Positions 11,461 to 24,184 of a stretch of 64,000 bases of DNA are shown here, piece by piece. This DNA comes from Felis catus (Eukaryota): contig NC_058368.1 in the NCBI RefSeq assembly GCF_018350175.1, forward strand, positions 124,622,001 through 124,686,000, written 5' to 3'. The stretch's first letter is position 1. The number at the start of each line of letters is the position of its first letter. The notes below the pieces were generated by a model. It was not told the DNA's origin. It did no database searches and was given only the letters and a program-made list of their open reading frames with translations. The position numbers and the translations under genes are program-made.

Positions 11461-11517
11461 AAATTCTCCGTTACTGACTCTTCACTTTGGCTGATCATTA
11501 GCATCACTTTTGCAGAT

Positions 11518-14500
11518 TGTATTAAGTTCCATGACTGCTGTAACAAATTGTCACAAACTTGCTGGCTTACAACAACACAAATTTATTCTCTTATAGTTCT
11601 GGAGGTCAGAAGTCCAAAATCAGTTTCACTTGGTCAAATGAATATCTGCAGGGCTGTTTTCCACCTGGAGGCTGTAGGGAAAAATATGTTTCCTTGCCTT
11701 TTCCAGCCTCTAGAGGCTGCCTGTTTTCTTCAGCTTGTGGCCCTTTCCTCCATTTTCAATCTGTTTTCATTGTCATTCCCTTTGCCTCTGATATTTCCTC
11801 CTAGAAGGAATTTTGTTATTGTATCAGATAATCCAGGGCAATCTCCTGATCTCAAGATTCTTGATCACAAATGCAAGGTCTCTTCTGTCATATAAAACAA
11901 CATTCACATACCTATCTTCTCAGACTATGCCAAAACTAGAAAAGGAAGGAAACTTCCAAACTCATTCTAGAGGCCACCATAACTTTGATACGAAAACCTG
12001 ATGAAGACTCCACTAAAAAAGAGAACGTGGATCCCTGATGAACATGGATGCAAAAATCCCCAATGAAATACTAGCAAATTGAAGCCAACAATACATTAAA
12101 AAAAAACATTCACCAAGATCAAATGGGATTTATTACTCTGTCACAAAACTGGTTTGATATTCACAAATCACTCAACATGATATACCACATTAATAATAAT
12201 AACAATAATAAAGGATAAGAACCATATGGTCAGGTCAGTATACGTAGAAAAAGCATTGACAAGGTACAACATCCATTCATAACAAAAACCTTCCAACAAA
12301 GTAGATTTAGATGGAACATACCTCAACATAATAAAGGCCATCTATGAAAAACCCACAGCTAATATCATCCTCAATGGGAAAAAACTGAGAGCTTTTCCTC
12401 TATGTTCAGGAACAAGACAGGGATGTCCACTCTCACCACTGTTATGTAACCTAGTACTGGAGGTCCTATCCACAGCAATCAGACAACAAAAATAAATTTA
12501 AAAAAGATATACAAATCAGCAAGGAATAAATAAAACTTTCACTATTTGCAGATGACATGATACTCTATATAGAAAGCCTGAAAGACTCCACAAAAAAGTT
12601 TGCTAGAACTGATACACAAATTCAGTAAAGTTTCAGGATACAAAATCAACATACGGAAATCTGTTGCATTTCTAAACACCAAAAATGACATAGTAAAAAT
12701 AGAAATTAAGAAATCAATCCCATTTACAATTGCACCAAAAATCATAAGATACCTAAGAATAAACCTAATCAAAGAGGTGAAAGACCTGTACTCTGAAAAC
12801 TATAAAACACTGATGAAAGAAATTGAAGATGACACACACAAATGGAAAGACATTCCATGCTTGTGGATTGGAAGAACAAATATTGTTAAAATGTCTATAT
12901 TACCCAAAGTCATCTACAGATTTAATGCGATCCCTATCAAAATACCGATACCATTTTTCACAGAGCTAGAACAGACAATCCGAAAATTTGTATGGAACCA
13001 CAAAAGACCCTCAGTAACCCAAAGCAAACTTGAAAAAGAAAAGCAAAGCTGGAGGCAACACAATTCTGGATTTCAAGTTATATTACAAAGCTGAAGTGAT
13101 CAAAACAGTATGGTAGTACAAAAATAGACACATAGAACAGAACAGAAAATCCAGAAAGGAACCCACAACTATACTTGACAAAGCAGTAAAGAATATCCAA
13201 TAGGAAAAAGACAGTCTCTTCAACAAACAGTGTTGGGGAAACTGGACAGCCACAGGCAAAAGAATGAAACAGGACCACTTTTTTTACACCATATGCAAAA
13301 ATAAATTCAAAATGGATTAAAGACCTAAATGTAAGACATGAAACAATAAAAATCCTAGAAGAGAACACAGGTAGTAATGACTTTAACATTAGTCATAGCA
13401 ACTTCTTTCCAGATATGTCTCCTGAGGCAAGGGAAATAAAAGCAAAAATGAACTATTGGGACTTCATCAAAATAATAATCTTCTGCATACTGAAGTAAAC
13501 AATAAAACTAAAAGGTCATATATGAAATGGGAGAAAATATTTGCACACAACACATCTGGTAAAGGGTTAGTATCCAAATATATAAAGAACTTATAAAACT
13601 CAACACCCAAAAAACTGAATAATCCAATTCAAAAATGGGCAGAAGACATGAAGAGACATTTTTGCAAAGAAGACATCCAGATGACCAAAAGACACATGAA
13701 AAGGTGTTCAACATCACTGATCATCAGGGAAATACAAATCAAAACTACAATGAGGTACCACCTCACACCTGTCAGAATGGTTAAAATTAATAGCACAAGA
13801 AACAAGAGGTGTTGGTGAGGATGTGGAGAAAGAAGAACCCTTTTACACTATTGGTGGGACTGCAACTGGCGCAGCCACTGTGGAAAACAGTATGGAGGTT
13901 CCTCAAAAAGTTAAAAATAGAACTATTCTCAATCCAGCAATTACACTACTAGGTATTCACTCAATGCATACAAAAATACTACTTTGAAGGGATATATGCA
14001 CCCTAATGTTTATAGTAGCATTATCTACAATAGAAAAATTCTGGGAAGAGCATAAGTGTCCATCAACTGATGAATGGGTGGAAAATGGAATATTACTCAG
14101 CCATAAAAAAGAATGAAATCTTGCCATTTGTAACAACATGGATGAAGCTAGAGAATACTATGCTAAGTGAAATAAGTCAGAGAAATACAAATACCATATG
14201 ATTTCACTCATATATGGAATTTAAGAAACAAAACAAATGAGCAAAGTGAAAAAAAGAGAGGCAAACCAAGAAACAGACTAACTATAGAGAACAAACTTGT
14301 AGTTACCAGGGGGGAAGGTGGATGGGGGATGGGTTACATGGGGGATGGGGATTAAGGAGAGCACTTTTGTGAAGAGCACCAGGTGATGTATAGAATTGTT
14401 GAATCACTATATTGTACACGTGAAACTAACATTACATTGTATATTAACTAACTGGAATTTAAAGAAAAACTAAACTAAACTTTAAATTATATTAAATTAA

Positions 14501-14574
14501 AAACAAATTCACAGATTCCAGGGATTAGTAGTGGTCATCTTTTGGGGGTGGAGGGCATTATTCAGCCTATCACA
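11518..14574 (-). mobile_element. MLT1 (MaLR) solo LTR split by an L1 insertion (11518-11908 and about 14500-14574)
   Basis: Begins TGTATT...GCTGTAACAAATT...ACAACACAAATTTATTCTCTTATAGTTCTGGAGGTCAGAAGTCC and resumes after the L1 with TTCACAGATTCCAGGGATTAG...CATTATTCAGCCTATCACA. Confidence 0.9.
11909..14499 (+). mobile_element. 5'-truncated carnivore LINE-1, about 2.6 kb, with disrupted ORF2 (RT and C-terminal region) and 3' UTR
   Basis: RT catalytic motif TTTGCAGATGAC (FADD) at 12545-12556; ORF 12600-13094 is typical L1 ORF2 ([33 protein letters not shown]); many stops and frameshifts; near-perfect TSD AAAACAACATTCACA (11894-11908) / AAAACAAATTCACA (14500-14513). Confidence 0.97.
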
Positions 14575-15949
14575 AATTTTTTTTTTTTTTATTTTGAAGT
14601 GTGGATCCCATAGTAAAGATTCTCATGTTTCTGGTGTAGGGATGAGGCCAGGGCATAAGCCCTTAAAGTTCCAAGGTGAAGGTGATGCACAGGTGTTTTG
14701 ATAAACACTGTTCGAGGTAGACGAGATTGCACTGGTGCTGGGTCTCCCATCACCCTTTGTCACTGATTTCTCCCTGGATTTCCACTTAAAGACCCTGGCA
14801 CCCAAACTGGGGCCTGGAAGGAAGGGCAAGGAAGGCAAATTTTCGTTATTCTTCTTTCTTAGGGGGCCTTCACAACTAGAAACCAGATTCCTGTCCTTTG
14901 TCCCAGGAAATAAGGACCCAGGACCACATGCATGGGCCTTGTTGATTCAGTGCTTTACCCTAAACAGGCCTTGTGTCTTGGTGAGGTTTTATTTTTTTAA
15001 TTTGGCATTTATAGTATTCCCAGCCACTTCTCAACCCTTATAATTATAACCCAGATCTCACTCAGTCTCTTCAGCTAGGGCTTAAAAGCTAAGAACTCTC
15101 TTAAAGCAGCTAACTATTAAAACTTCATAGCCTTTTACAAAATATCAGTTGACAGAGGTATTATGAAATACTGCCTCATGTAATTAAAATTACACTGCAA
15201 TTGTCAACACCCATGAGTCAAGCACACTATGTGAAGTGATAGTCAGGATCGCACAGTCTGTTCCTTAGCTAGCTAACCAGGCTCAGGGCTTTCCTAATCC
15301 ATCTCTAAAGCCCAAGGGCCTTGCCATCAACTATAAGCTGCTAAGGCCAGCCTCTCTATCAGAAATTGGGCTGGCCCTGCTTGTGACTTCTGCTCTAGTC
15401 TTCATATCCGACAGGAATGCTGGCTGTCTACTATGCCTTCCTGGCAGACTTCAGGAATAGCTTTGAACAGTGGCCAGGTGTTCCATTTCTCCTTTATGAC
15501 TTCAGCTACAGTGATAAAAACAAGCCTTTGTTTGTGACTCTCAGCATGACTACCTAAGAGTCTGGGATGAATATGGTCTTGGCGGACATCCTTAGAATAT
15601 CTCATCTCTGAGCCCCCTATTACCACCAAACCTCTTTAAGATAGGGTCTCCAGATGCTTCAAATCCCACAACACTGTAGACTAACTTTAGCCACCATCCT
15701 CTTCTCTACTCCGTTGAAAATCACCAATCCCATCCTTGTTGCTGACACCCATTATCTATTTTGCAGAATCTGTCTGCATTCTCTTTCTGTTTTCAGTTTC
15801 ATGCTATTGACTTTTGCTTCTACAATAAAGTCCAAATTTCATTCCCAGGGCCTATATCATCTGGTCTCTGTCTACCCTTCTGGTTTTATCTCACAGTCCC
15901 CAGTCTCCAGTCTCCCTGGCCATCTGCCAACACCTCCAGTCTGAAATGC

Positions 15950-16480
15950 TCTTCCCTCTGCTGGGAAGCTTACCCCACCCTTTCTAACATGGCCAGGTTC
16001 TTCTCACTGCTCATCTCAGCTGAAATGACACGTGGTGAAAGAGGTCTTCCCTAACCACCCCTCTAAATGGACATGTCATCCAGTCTTAATATCCTCTATC
16101 ACAGCATCCAGCTTATTTTCTTCATCACTTGTATTACTTGAAATTACTGATTAGGGGCGCCTGGGTGGCTCAGTCGGTTAAGCGTCCGACTTCAGCTCAG
16201 GTCACGATCTCATGGTCTCTGAGTCTGAGCCCCACGTTGGGCTCTGGGCTAATGGCTCAGAGCCTGGAGCCTGCTTCCGATTCTGTGTCTCCCTCTCTCT
16301 CTGCCCCTCCCCCGTTCATGCTCTGTCTCTCTCCGTCTCAAAAATAAACATTAAAAAAAAAAAGAAATTACTGATTAGTTTATTTGCCTACTCGCTTCAT
16401 CCATTTTTTCCAGTGGATACTGAGCTCCATGAGGGTAAGGAACATATCTGTCTTGTTCATCAAAGAAGATCTATCAATAG
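15950..16480 (+). mobile_element. L2 3' fragment interrupted by a SINE
   Basis: TCTCAGCTGAAATGACAC...GAGGTCTTCCCTAACCACCC and GAGCTCCATGAGGGTAAGGAACATATCTGTCTTGTTCA. Confidence 0.75.
16154..16363 (+). mobile_element. Felid-type CAN-SINE
   Basis: Full head GGGGCGCCTGGGTGGCTCAGTCGGTTAAGCGTCCGACT, A tail, perfect TSD GAAATTACTGATTAG (16140-16154 and 16364-16378; the last G overlaps the head). Confidence 0.97.
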
Positions 16481-16599
16481 GAGCTGAATATATAGACTTA
16501 TTGACTAGCCCACTCTATCACTTTTCCCTTGGCTCTGAGGTGTTTTGTCTTTCTGCTCTTCCCCTAAATTTCCTTCCCTTCATTTATCTCCTTCACAAT

Positions 16600-17540
16600 T
16601 TCTTAAGAGTTATTATCAGCCCCCACTCTTCTCAGGAACTTGGTTCATTCATAAAAAACCTCCTCTTTAGCTCTGAGAACTACTTCTCCATCTCACTACT
16701 CCCTAGTGGCTAACATCCAGCTCTCAAGGTCTCTATGTTGTTGTGCTGAACATTTCTATCAGGGTGGTCAGCTTTTTCCCTCAGCCAGTTTTTCTCCTGA
16801 CTTCCTTATTTCTCTTCATGCTATCTCCATCTTTTTGGTCATTAGGCTTGGAATCTCAGCATCGTTTCTGACTCTAACCCTCTCCTTTCATTCAATCAGA
16901 TAAAGAGCTACACAACAGATACCCATTTATCTCTGCCACTGCTACTATTCAGACCCATATCACCTATTCCTTGGACTACAGAAATCACCACTGAATTGAT
17001 TCCCAACATCAGCTTCTCCCCACTATGATTAATCCCTCTGTCACTGGACTAATCAACATGAACTCAGCTTCACTGTATGACTCTGAGGCTCAAACACTTT
17101 CAATGGCTCCCTACTGACTACAGTGAAGTCCAAACTCTTTAGGCTGACAATTAGGCCCCAGGTTCCCTTTCTCACTAGCTATGACTGCCTTATCTGCAGT
17201 TTCCTTATACTAATTAAATAGTGTAGCTTCCCATTTCTATTTCTCATTCCGTCCCTGAACTCTCCCACCTCTGATTCTTTGCTTCTCCCATTTTCTTCAT
17301 CTGAGTTGCCCTCCTCCACCTTCTTCTGACAGACTATTTCAGAGGCCATATCCAAGGCTACCTTGTCAGTAACAATTTTTTTCCTGCTTCTGTCCAGCAG
17401 AAGTGACTGCTTCCTCCTCCTGACTAGCATGGCTACCTTTTATGCCACTTTTATGTACATTTTAGTTATTTGTATACCTGTCTCTCTTTCAGGCTGTATT
17501 TAAATTTTATGATCACTAAAAAAAAAACTATGTCTTAACC
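16600..17540 (+). mobile_element. L2 fragment(s), highly diverged
   Basis: CTCTGCCACTGCTACTATTCAGACC...CTTGGACTAC and CTTTCAATGGCTCCCTACTGACTACAG...GTCCAAACTCTTTAG. Confidence 0.7.
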
Positions 17541-17571
17541 ACCATCACTCCCCTAATGCACATGTGCACAT

Positions 17572-17572
<1 letters not shown>

Positions 17573-17608
<36 letters not shown>
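17573..17608. repeat. (CA)18 microsatellite
   Basis: Read directly from the sequence. Confidence 0.97.
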
Positions 17609-17611
<3 letters not shown>

Positions 17612-18461
17612 GGAGGCATGTTAAGCATCCTTAATAAGAACTGTAAATAATAACTGTCCTTAAAATAGTCTATAGAGAACTTTTTGTCACACAAAAAAGG
17701 CTGGTGCAAGTTTACATTATACAGATGTCATTGTAATGCTGTGGCTTATTCTCTATAGAATTTAGACCTCTAATACTAAACTAAACTAAAAGTAAAAAGC
17801 CCATGTAGTCACCCTCCAAACCATGATTTTACTACATCCTCCTGGGATGAAAATTTATGGAAATAAACCAGTCTAGATCTAGAAGAAATCACACTGTTTA
17901 CTTAAGAGGTTAGACACAAAGCCTGAGTGAGCATAGGCTTCATCAGTACTGAGCCAGTGAGGTTGAATAGGCAGGTGTTTCTGCAACATGACATGGAGTG
18001 TTTGCCAAAGGAACCTGGGGACTTTCACCAGCAACAATTGGTTCTGTCACCTCTGAACTCATGTGGCTCTTTTTATCATTCATCTTTAGGAAACTTAACC
18101 AAAGTACATGTCAAGTAAGCCACTGTAGTCCCTAGTGGCTAGCACTCACCTGACAAATAGTGGACACTCAATATTTCCTTGAAGAAGGAATGAATGAATG
18201 ATCTTCTCTATTCACCTCCCACCTGGGGAAGTCCATATATTCTAATAATAGAAAGATATCTATTGTTTCCCCATTAGTGACACTCTACCTGCAGTCACTA
18301 CAGCCCACTCAGAAGCTTTGTCCAGGGACCTGACATTATAAGGCTCCTGCTCCAAGAAAAAGTCTACCTCAGCCTAGAGTTCTGTATGGGGGTAATGAAA
18401 AAAGAAAAAGATTTAAAATAAAAACAACCTAGTGTTGCATTCCAGTTCTGTGATCTTAGAC

Positions 18462-18668
18462 CTATAATTGCCCAATATGGCAGCCACCAGCTACATGTAA
18501 TTATTCAAATCTAAATTAATTAAAGTTAGAGAAAATTAAAAATTTACTTCCTCAGAAGCACTAGTCACATTTAGGTGCTCAATAGCCACATGAGGTTAGT
18601 GGTTTCCATAATGGACAGACCAATGAGAATGTTTCCAACGTTGCTGAAGATTGTATTGGACAATACTG
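18462..18668 (-). mobile_element. MER3 hAT-Charlie MITE within MIR-like sequence
   Basis: CCAATATGGCAGCCACCAGCTACATG...GTGCTCAATAGCCACATG...TATTGGACAATACTG; reverse-complement similarity to the copy at 47984-48435; MIR core follows (AAGTCATGTAACCTCTCTGGTGCCTCA). Confidence 0.85.
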
Positions 18669-19499
18669 CCACAAACAAGTCATGTAACCTCTCTGGTGCC
18701 TCAATTTGCTCATTTGTGAGTAGTAAATCAGTGAGACTAGATGGCAACTGGAGTTCTTTCTTCTGAAATTTTTGGAAAGTCTAGAATCTATGCCTGTTTC
18801 CTTTAAAGCTCTGGAATGCAACTGGTTTACTACTGAATAAAACAGAAAAATGGCCTGAGAATAAGGACAAAAGAAGTTTAACCATCCAAAAACCTCAGGG
18901 TAAGATTTGGGGAAAGTGGGGAAGTTGGCTTTGGCACAGTGCCTTGCAGCTATGCACCTCTCTCAAACCCATCCTCAGCTTCAAAAATTAGTGCAGCTCT
19001 TTGGGTCTGCTCTCTGCTAACAGACAGCTGGCTAATCTGATCAACTAAATACCACTGCATTTTAGCATTGATGCCTAAAGAGTCCAAAGTCACTGCTCAC
19101 ATGCTGCAGGGCCTGAGCAAAAGGCAGTATTTAGCAGAGCTCAGAGCTAACCCTTGATCTGTCACTGCCTGTCTATGTATCTTTTGGCAAGTCATGCGAC
19201 AGGACACAATTTTCTTATGTATAACATTATGTAAGTCTATGGATTCCAAGGACATTCCTGACTCCAAGATTCTAGACTATAGCATTAGATTTTCCAAATA
19301 AGAACAACAGGTCTGTGTGGAAGGTCCATTTTGAAGGCAAGAGGAAAAGTTTGCATTGGCCTTTGGAGGGATTAGCTAGGGGATTTCTCCCCATGGAGAA
19401 ATAGGGAGAGGTAAAAGAGGGGTATTCTCCTTCCTAAGCCTTAGGCTAAGTAGAACAGAACAATCTGCCCTTGTTTCTGGTTGAGCTCCCTACTGGTGA

Positions 19500-19640
19500 T
19501 GAGTCACATGGCGGAAAAGGTGTGTTGGGTGCCTGCCTGCCGTGTCTGGTTAATGCAATTCCTTATATGGTACTTGTTTTCCTGACAGGTGACATGTTCC
19601 TGGACATGGAGCTTATTTTAAGTCAGTTCTTCAGGTGACA
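19500..19640. promoter_or_regulatory. Candidate enhancer with AP-1 site, CArG box and E-boxes
   Basis: TGAGTCA 19500-19506, CCTTATATGG 19561-19570 and CAGGTG twice, in sequence with no recognisable repeat. Motif evidence only. Confidence 0.5.
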
Positions 19641-19859
19641 TTCAGAAAATTTTTGTCTTGTTTTATTTTGTTTCACAAATAGCCTTTTCACTGGAAGTTT
19701 CTTTCTGGGCAGGTCCAGCTGCCACAACTCCTAATACCAAAAAGTCACTCAGATTCAGGGACAAAGCTAGGGTCCCCTTCCCTCCCATAAATAGGCTCAT
19801 GTTCTCTGAGAAGAGACCATTATGAAGGTGAGAGTGTTTCTCTGTATCGGGTGTAAGGG

Positions 19860-20050
19860 CCAGTTATGTGTCAGGGTCATGTTAGGTTTCTTACCACACT
19901 GTCTCTAAGCCTATAAACTGCCCCGCAAGGTAGGTATTATTACCTTCCCTACTTTACAGATGAGATGAGGGTCAATAACTGGCCCAAGGCTACTCAAGCA
20001 GACAATGGCTGAGCTTAGACTAGAGCCAGTTCTGAGGCTTCAATACCCAT
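19860..20050 (-). mobile_element. MIR SINE
   Basis: AGGTAGGTATTATTA...TTTACAGATGAG...TAACTGGCCCAAGGCTAC. Confidence 0.75.
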
Positions 20051-20142
20051 GATCTGGTTCCCAAAAGACTGGAGCCCTGATAAGAACAAATGAGTGTAAT
20101 ATCTAGCATTTGGAAGGTTTGAGGAAAAGCCTAGGAAAGGAA

Positions 20143-20841
20143 TATAATAGTTTCTTGTGGCTGTTTTAATGAATTATACAAATTTAGTGACTTAATACAA
20201 ATTTATTCCCTTAGAGTTTTTTTTTAATTTTTTTTAACGTTTATTTATTTTTAAGACAGAGAGAGACAGAGCATGAACGGGGGAAGATCAGAGAGAGAGG
20301 GAGACACAGAATCCGAAATAGGCTCTAGGCTCTGAGCAGTCAGCACAGAGCCCGACGTGGGGCTCGAACTCATGGACCGTGAGATCGTGACCTGAGCCGA
20401 AGTCGGATGCTCAACCGACTGAGTCACCCAGGTGCCCCTCCCTTAGAGTTTTAGAAGCTAGAAGCCTGAAATCAGTTTTGCTGTATTAAAGTCAAGGTAT
20501 CAACAGAGTTGTTTCTTCTGGAGGCTGGAGAGGAGAATCCATTTCTCTGCCTTTTCTAGCTTCTAAAGACCACCCGCATTCCTTCCTTATGTCACTCTAA
20601 CCTGATGCTTCAGTCCTCAACATCTCCTACTTACTTGTTTGACCATCTTGCTGCCCTCTTATAAGGACCCCTGTGGTTACATTTAAGGGTCACTCAGATA
20701 ATCTGAGATAATCTCTTTGTATCAAAGTCCTTAATTTAATCATATCTCCAAAGTCTCTTTTGTCAGATAAGGGAACATATTCACAGGTTCTAGGGATTAA
20801 GATGTGGACATGTTCGGTGGGGGGGATTTATTCACTACCAC
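20143..20841 (-). mobile_element. MLT1 (MaLR) solo LTR interrupted by a SINE
   Basis: TTCTGGAGGCTGGAGAGGAGAATCCATTTCTCTGCCTTTTCTAGCTTCTA and CATATTCACAGGTTCTAGGGATTAAGATGTGGACAT...CTACCACA. Confidence 0.9.
20221..20438 (-). mobile_element. Felid-type CAN-SINE
   Basis: Reverse-complement head ...CACCCAGGTGCCCC, poly-T, perfect TSD TCCCTTAGAGTTTT (20207-20220 and 20439-20452). Confidence 0.97.
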
Positions 20842-21991
20842 AGAGGATTCTTCATTTACGTTGAGAACTGGAAATAGTTGCTGGAAGAACTTTTGGGTTT
20901 CCTCCTTCAACTCCGCTCAGCCCTTTTCTCCTTCCCTTGGGTGGGAAGCAAGTGAACAGAGATCCAAAGGGCCATGAGGGGATAAGAGGAAAAGACCCTC
21001 GTATAGTGGCTGTGAGTACTGCACCCAGGCCTCTTATTGCCCCTGTGTACCACATTCCCCCTAGGGAGGAGGTGGCCAGAGAATGCAAGGTCAGTATCAT
21101 CAAGCAGCTGGTGGCCTGAGGATGGATATATTATCTTTGTCAACCTGGTAACACTTCTCACAAGGAGAAGGCCCCATTCCCTCCAAACTGCCCTCCACTC
21201 TCATACTCTGACCAGGAAAAAGAGCACCTATTTGCTTTATCTGCTTAGTGTCCCACTGCACTGGGACAGTGTCCAGTTTCCTTCCATGATCTACACAAAG
21301 CCCTGAAAGATGAAACTTCTGCCCACATTTCCCACCTCAATTCATGCCACTCCCCTCTCATCCACTGTGTCCCAGCCACAGTGGCATGGTTGACAAAAGG
21401 GAATGTTCATGATTTCAGCAGAACCAGCCACTGTTTTTTTCTGGTACTGCTTGCTGATAACACGTGTCTGCAAGTGGCTCAATTAGTCAATTCACATTAC
21501 AGTTGTGGTTTCTATAATGCATAGGCTTTCCTTGAAAACAGAAATCTTATCTTAACAACCAGCTCCCTAACAGAATTAAAAATATATATGTATATAAACT
21601 AATACCTTTAAGCCACTCAAGTTGTAGCTAGAGACCAATAGAATGTCTTTGTCCTTCAAACACTAATATGTATCTTGCAAAATTGCTTTTGCATCATTAT
21701 CCAACACACTGTGTGTGGTCAGAAAGTGGTTAATATTATCTTCACATTATAGATGGGGAGAAATCTAAAAAAAAGAAAGTCAAACCACTTTTAAATGACA
21801 GTCCCAAGACAGAACCCAGTCTTTCTCACTCAAACTGTTCTTCCCTCTATGTGTTGAGCTTAGAGGCTTGAAGATAAGTTGATAGGGCATACTGTAAAGG
21901 ACACAAGCAAATAGAAAGGTCCATAAAAAGATTATCAGCACAAACTTGCTGCTGTTAATTGGGTGGTAATTAAATACAACTAAACACAACG

Positions 21992-21994
<3 letters not shown>

Positions 21995-22033
<39 letters not shown>

Positions 22034-22060
22034 ACATATATACACACACATATATACATA
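21995..22060. repeat. (TA)15 plus a compound TG/CA alternating tract
   Basis: Read directly from the sequence. Confidence 0.95.
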
Positions 22061-22929
22061 CATTTATCATTGTAGGCTGAAGGAGGCATAAATAAGAAGG
22101 TGAGAACTTCCCAGAGAATCCCAGCCTACTTGACCTACTGCTTTCTGCCCATATGTGCCCTGCTCCCTTCCTGTCAGTTTACCTACTTCCTCTCTGATTC
22201 CCCACTCTGACCCTGAGGTCAGAAGGCAGCAGCTGTGGCCACTGGGAAATGGGAAGGGCAAAATTGTTCTTGAAACCACCTTTTTTCCATGCTCACCCAG
22301 TTCTGATAGCCCTTCTGAGGGCCTTTGATTAATCTTGCCCAGGTAGTCCCTGGAATGCCAAAGGGTGGAAGGCAAGAACAGAGGCTCTTCTTCCAAGGTT
22401 TTCAATGGAACAGGCCTTCCTAAAACATTTTAAAGGGTGCCTGAATGTAAACTTTAAAACTTGTGCCAGTAGCCAAATGCTATGTTTTCTGTTTCCAATG
22501 CCCAGATCATAGAGGGGAGCATGAACTCTGCTCTCTGACCAACAGGCTCCAACCCCTACACCATCTTGGGCAGGTCAAAAACTTTCCAAGGCCTTATTTT
22601 TTTCATCTGCATGATTGGAATAATAAAAATATTCACCTTCAGAGATCATAAGGAAGATTAGTTAAGATATTGTGTAATTCAGAGCAGTTTCTCAAAAAGC
22701 TGAGTTATTACTGAGTTCATCATCCCCATGATTCTTGAATATAGTAATGCTCACTAGATATTTGTTCAATAATTAAATGAATGATATGTAAAGTCAGGAT
22801 AAGTCATGTAATCTACATTGCACACATGAACCAGAGGTTTGGAACTCAAGTCCTGGAATTCTTCCCTCCCTTCTCAGGGATAACTTTGAACTTCAGGACC
22901 CAGGTATAATGCTAACTGTGGGGATAATG

Positions 22930-23442
22930 TGGATTAGCAATCAGACTCACAAACCCTCCAGGAGGATCCAGGAGGCCTTTTCCTGACCAGGCTACAACCA
23001 TTAATAGATACAAATCAGTATTAAAAAAAATGGTTTGGGGGCACCTGGGTCGCTCAGTAGGCTAAGCATCTAACTTTGGCTCAGGTCATGATCTCACTGT
23101 TCGTGGGTTAAAGCCCCACATCAGGCTCTGTGCTGACAGCTCAGAGCTTGGAGCCTGCTTTAGATTCTGTGTCTCCTCTCTCTCCCTCCCCCACTCATGC
23201 TCGCTCTCGCTCTCTTTCTCTCTCTAAGGTAAATAAACATTAAAAAAAAATTTTTTTAAGTTTTGAATAAAAAATACCAGTAGTAATAATATTACATTAT
23301 GAAAATTTTGTTTCCTTCTAATGTACTTTTGTATATTTATGTGTGTTCATATACATGCATGCATATAGCATACTGAACATACTGAATTTAATGCCACTTA
23401 GTTCCTACTGTGGGTTGTAATCTAAAAACTTTGAGAGACTAT
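22930..23442. mobile_element. MER113-like hAT-Charlie element interrupted by a SINE
   Basis: AT-rich interior and terminal GTGGGTTGTAATCTAAAAACTTTGAGAGACTA resemble the remembered consensus. Confidence 0.45.
23037..23255 (+). mobile_element. Felid-type CAN-SINE
   Basis: GGGGGCACCTGGGTCGCTCAG...GCTGACAGCTCAGAGCTTGGAGCCTGC...AAATAAACATTAAAAAAAA. Confidence 0.95.
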
Positions 23443-24184
23443 TTTTGGTATGGTCATACCTTGGTGCAATCTTCATAGAGAAATAGTTACTACTGATTGT
23501 CTGTTTTCCTGACTTTTTAATTGTGTACTTTGACAAGAGGAAACAGCAACAGTGAATGTGAGTGAATACGAGAACCTAGAGTTTGGGGGAAGATTCATGT
23601 TTTCAAGCTACCTGTCAAGGTTAGTTACCACATCTGTTCTTCAGGGAGCAGAGTTAATGGTACATTTTAACTAGGGGAACCACTGAGTGACTGATGCCTG
23701 GGAAATTAAAGTCAGTGGAGATATGTCAATGACTGCTTGTTAGCACTGCCATTGCCCATATGTATGGCACAGGCTGACCTTCAGAGAAAGATCACAGAAC
23801 ACAATGTTCTCTTACATTTCTTACCCTGTAAATCATATCTCTAACTCAGCTCCTGGCATTTCCTGTGCTATGTAGGAGTGCTCACTGTGCACAAGGAAAG
23901 GCTCAGAGCAGGAAGAGGAACCTTGTGGCTGAGCTAGGAAGCATGCAAACATCGGGTGATTACCCATCCCCTTGAGGGAATTAATTACCTCTCCTGGTAA
24001 TGTCCATAACTCTTCCATGCAGTACCCTAGCTCACAGATAAGTATTCATGCTGGTTTTCATTAGACAGAACCTAAGGAAATAATAATACCCACCTTTCTG
24101 GGATCATAAAGAAGACTAATTAAGTTGATGTGAAATTCAGGGTAGTTTGATGATGAGAAAAGATGAAAGTAGCTTTCTTAGGGT

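Noticed and set aside
11332..11895. Longest ORF in the track (187 aa)
   Set aside because: It runs across a MER5A MITE and an antisense MLT1 LTR, starts at GTG and has no recognisable domain.
12600..13094. 164-aa ORF with clear protein similarity
   Set aside because: It is a fragment of L1 ORF2 in a 5'-truncated, frameshifted element, not a host gene.
19590..19612. Possible p53 response element (TGACATGTTC and GGACATGGAG)
   Set aside because: The second half-site fails the YYY end and there is a 2-bp spacer.
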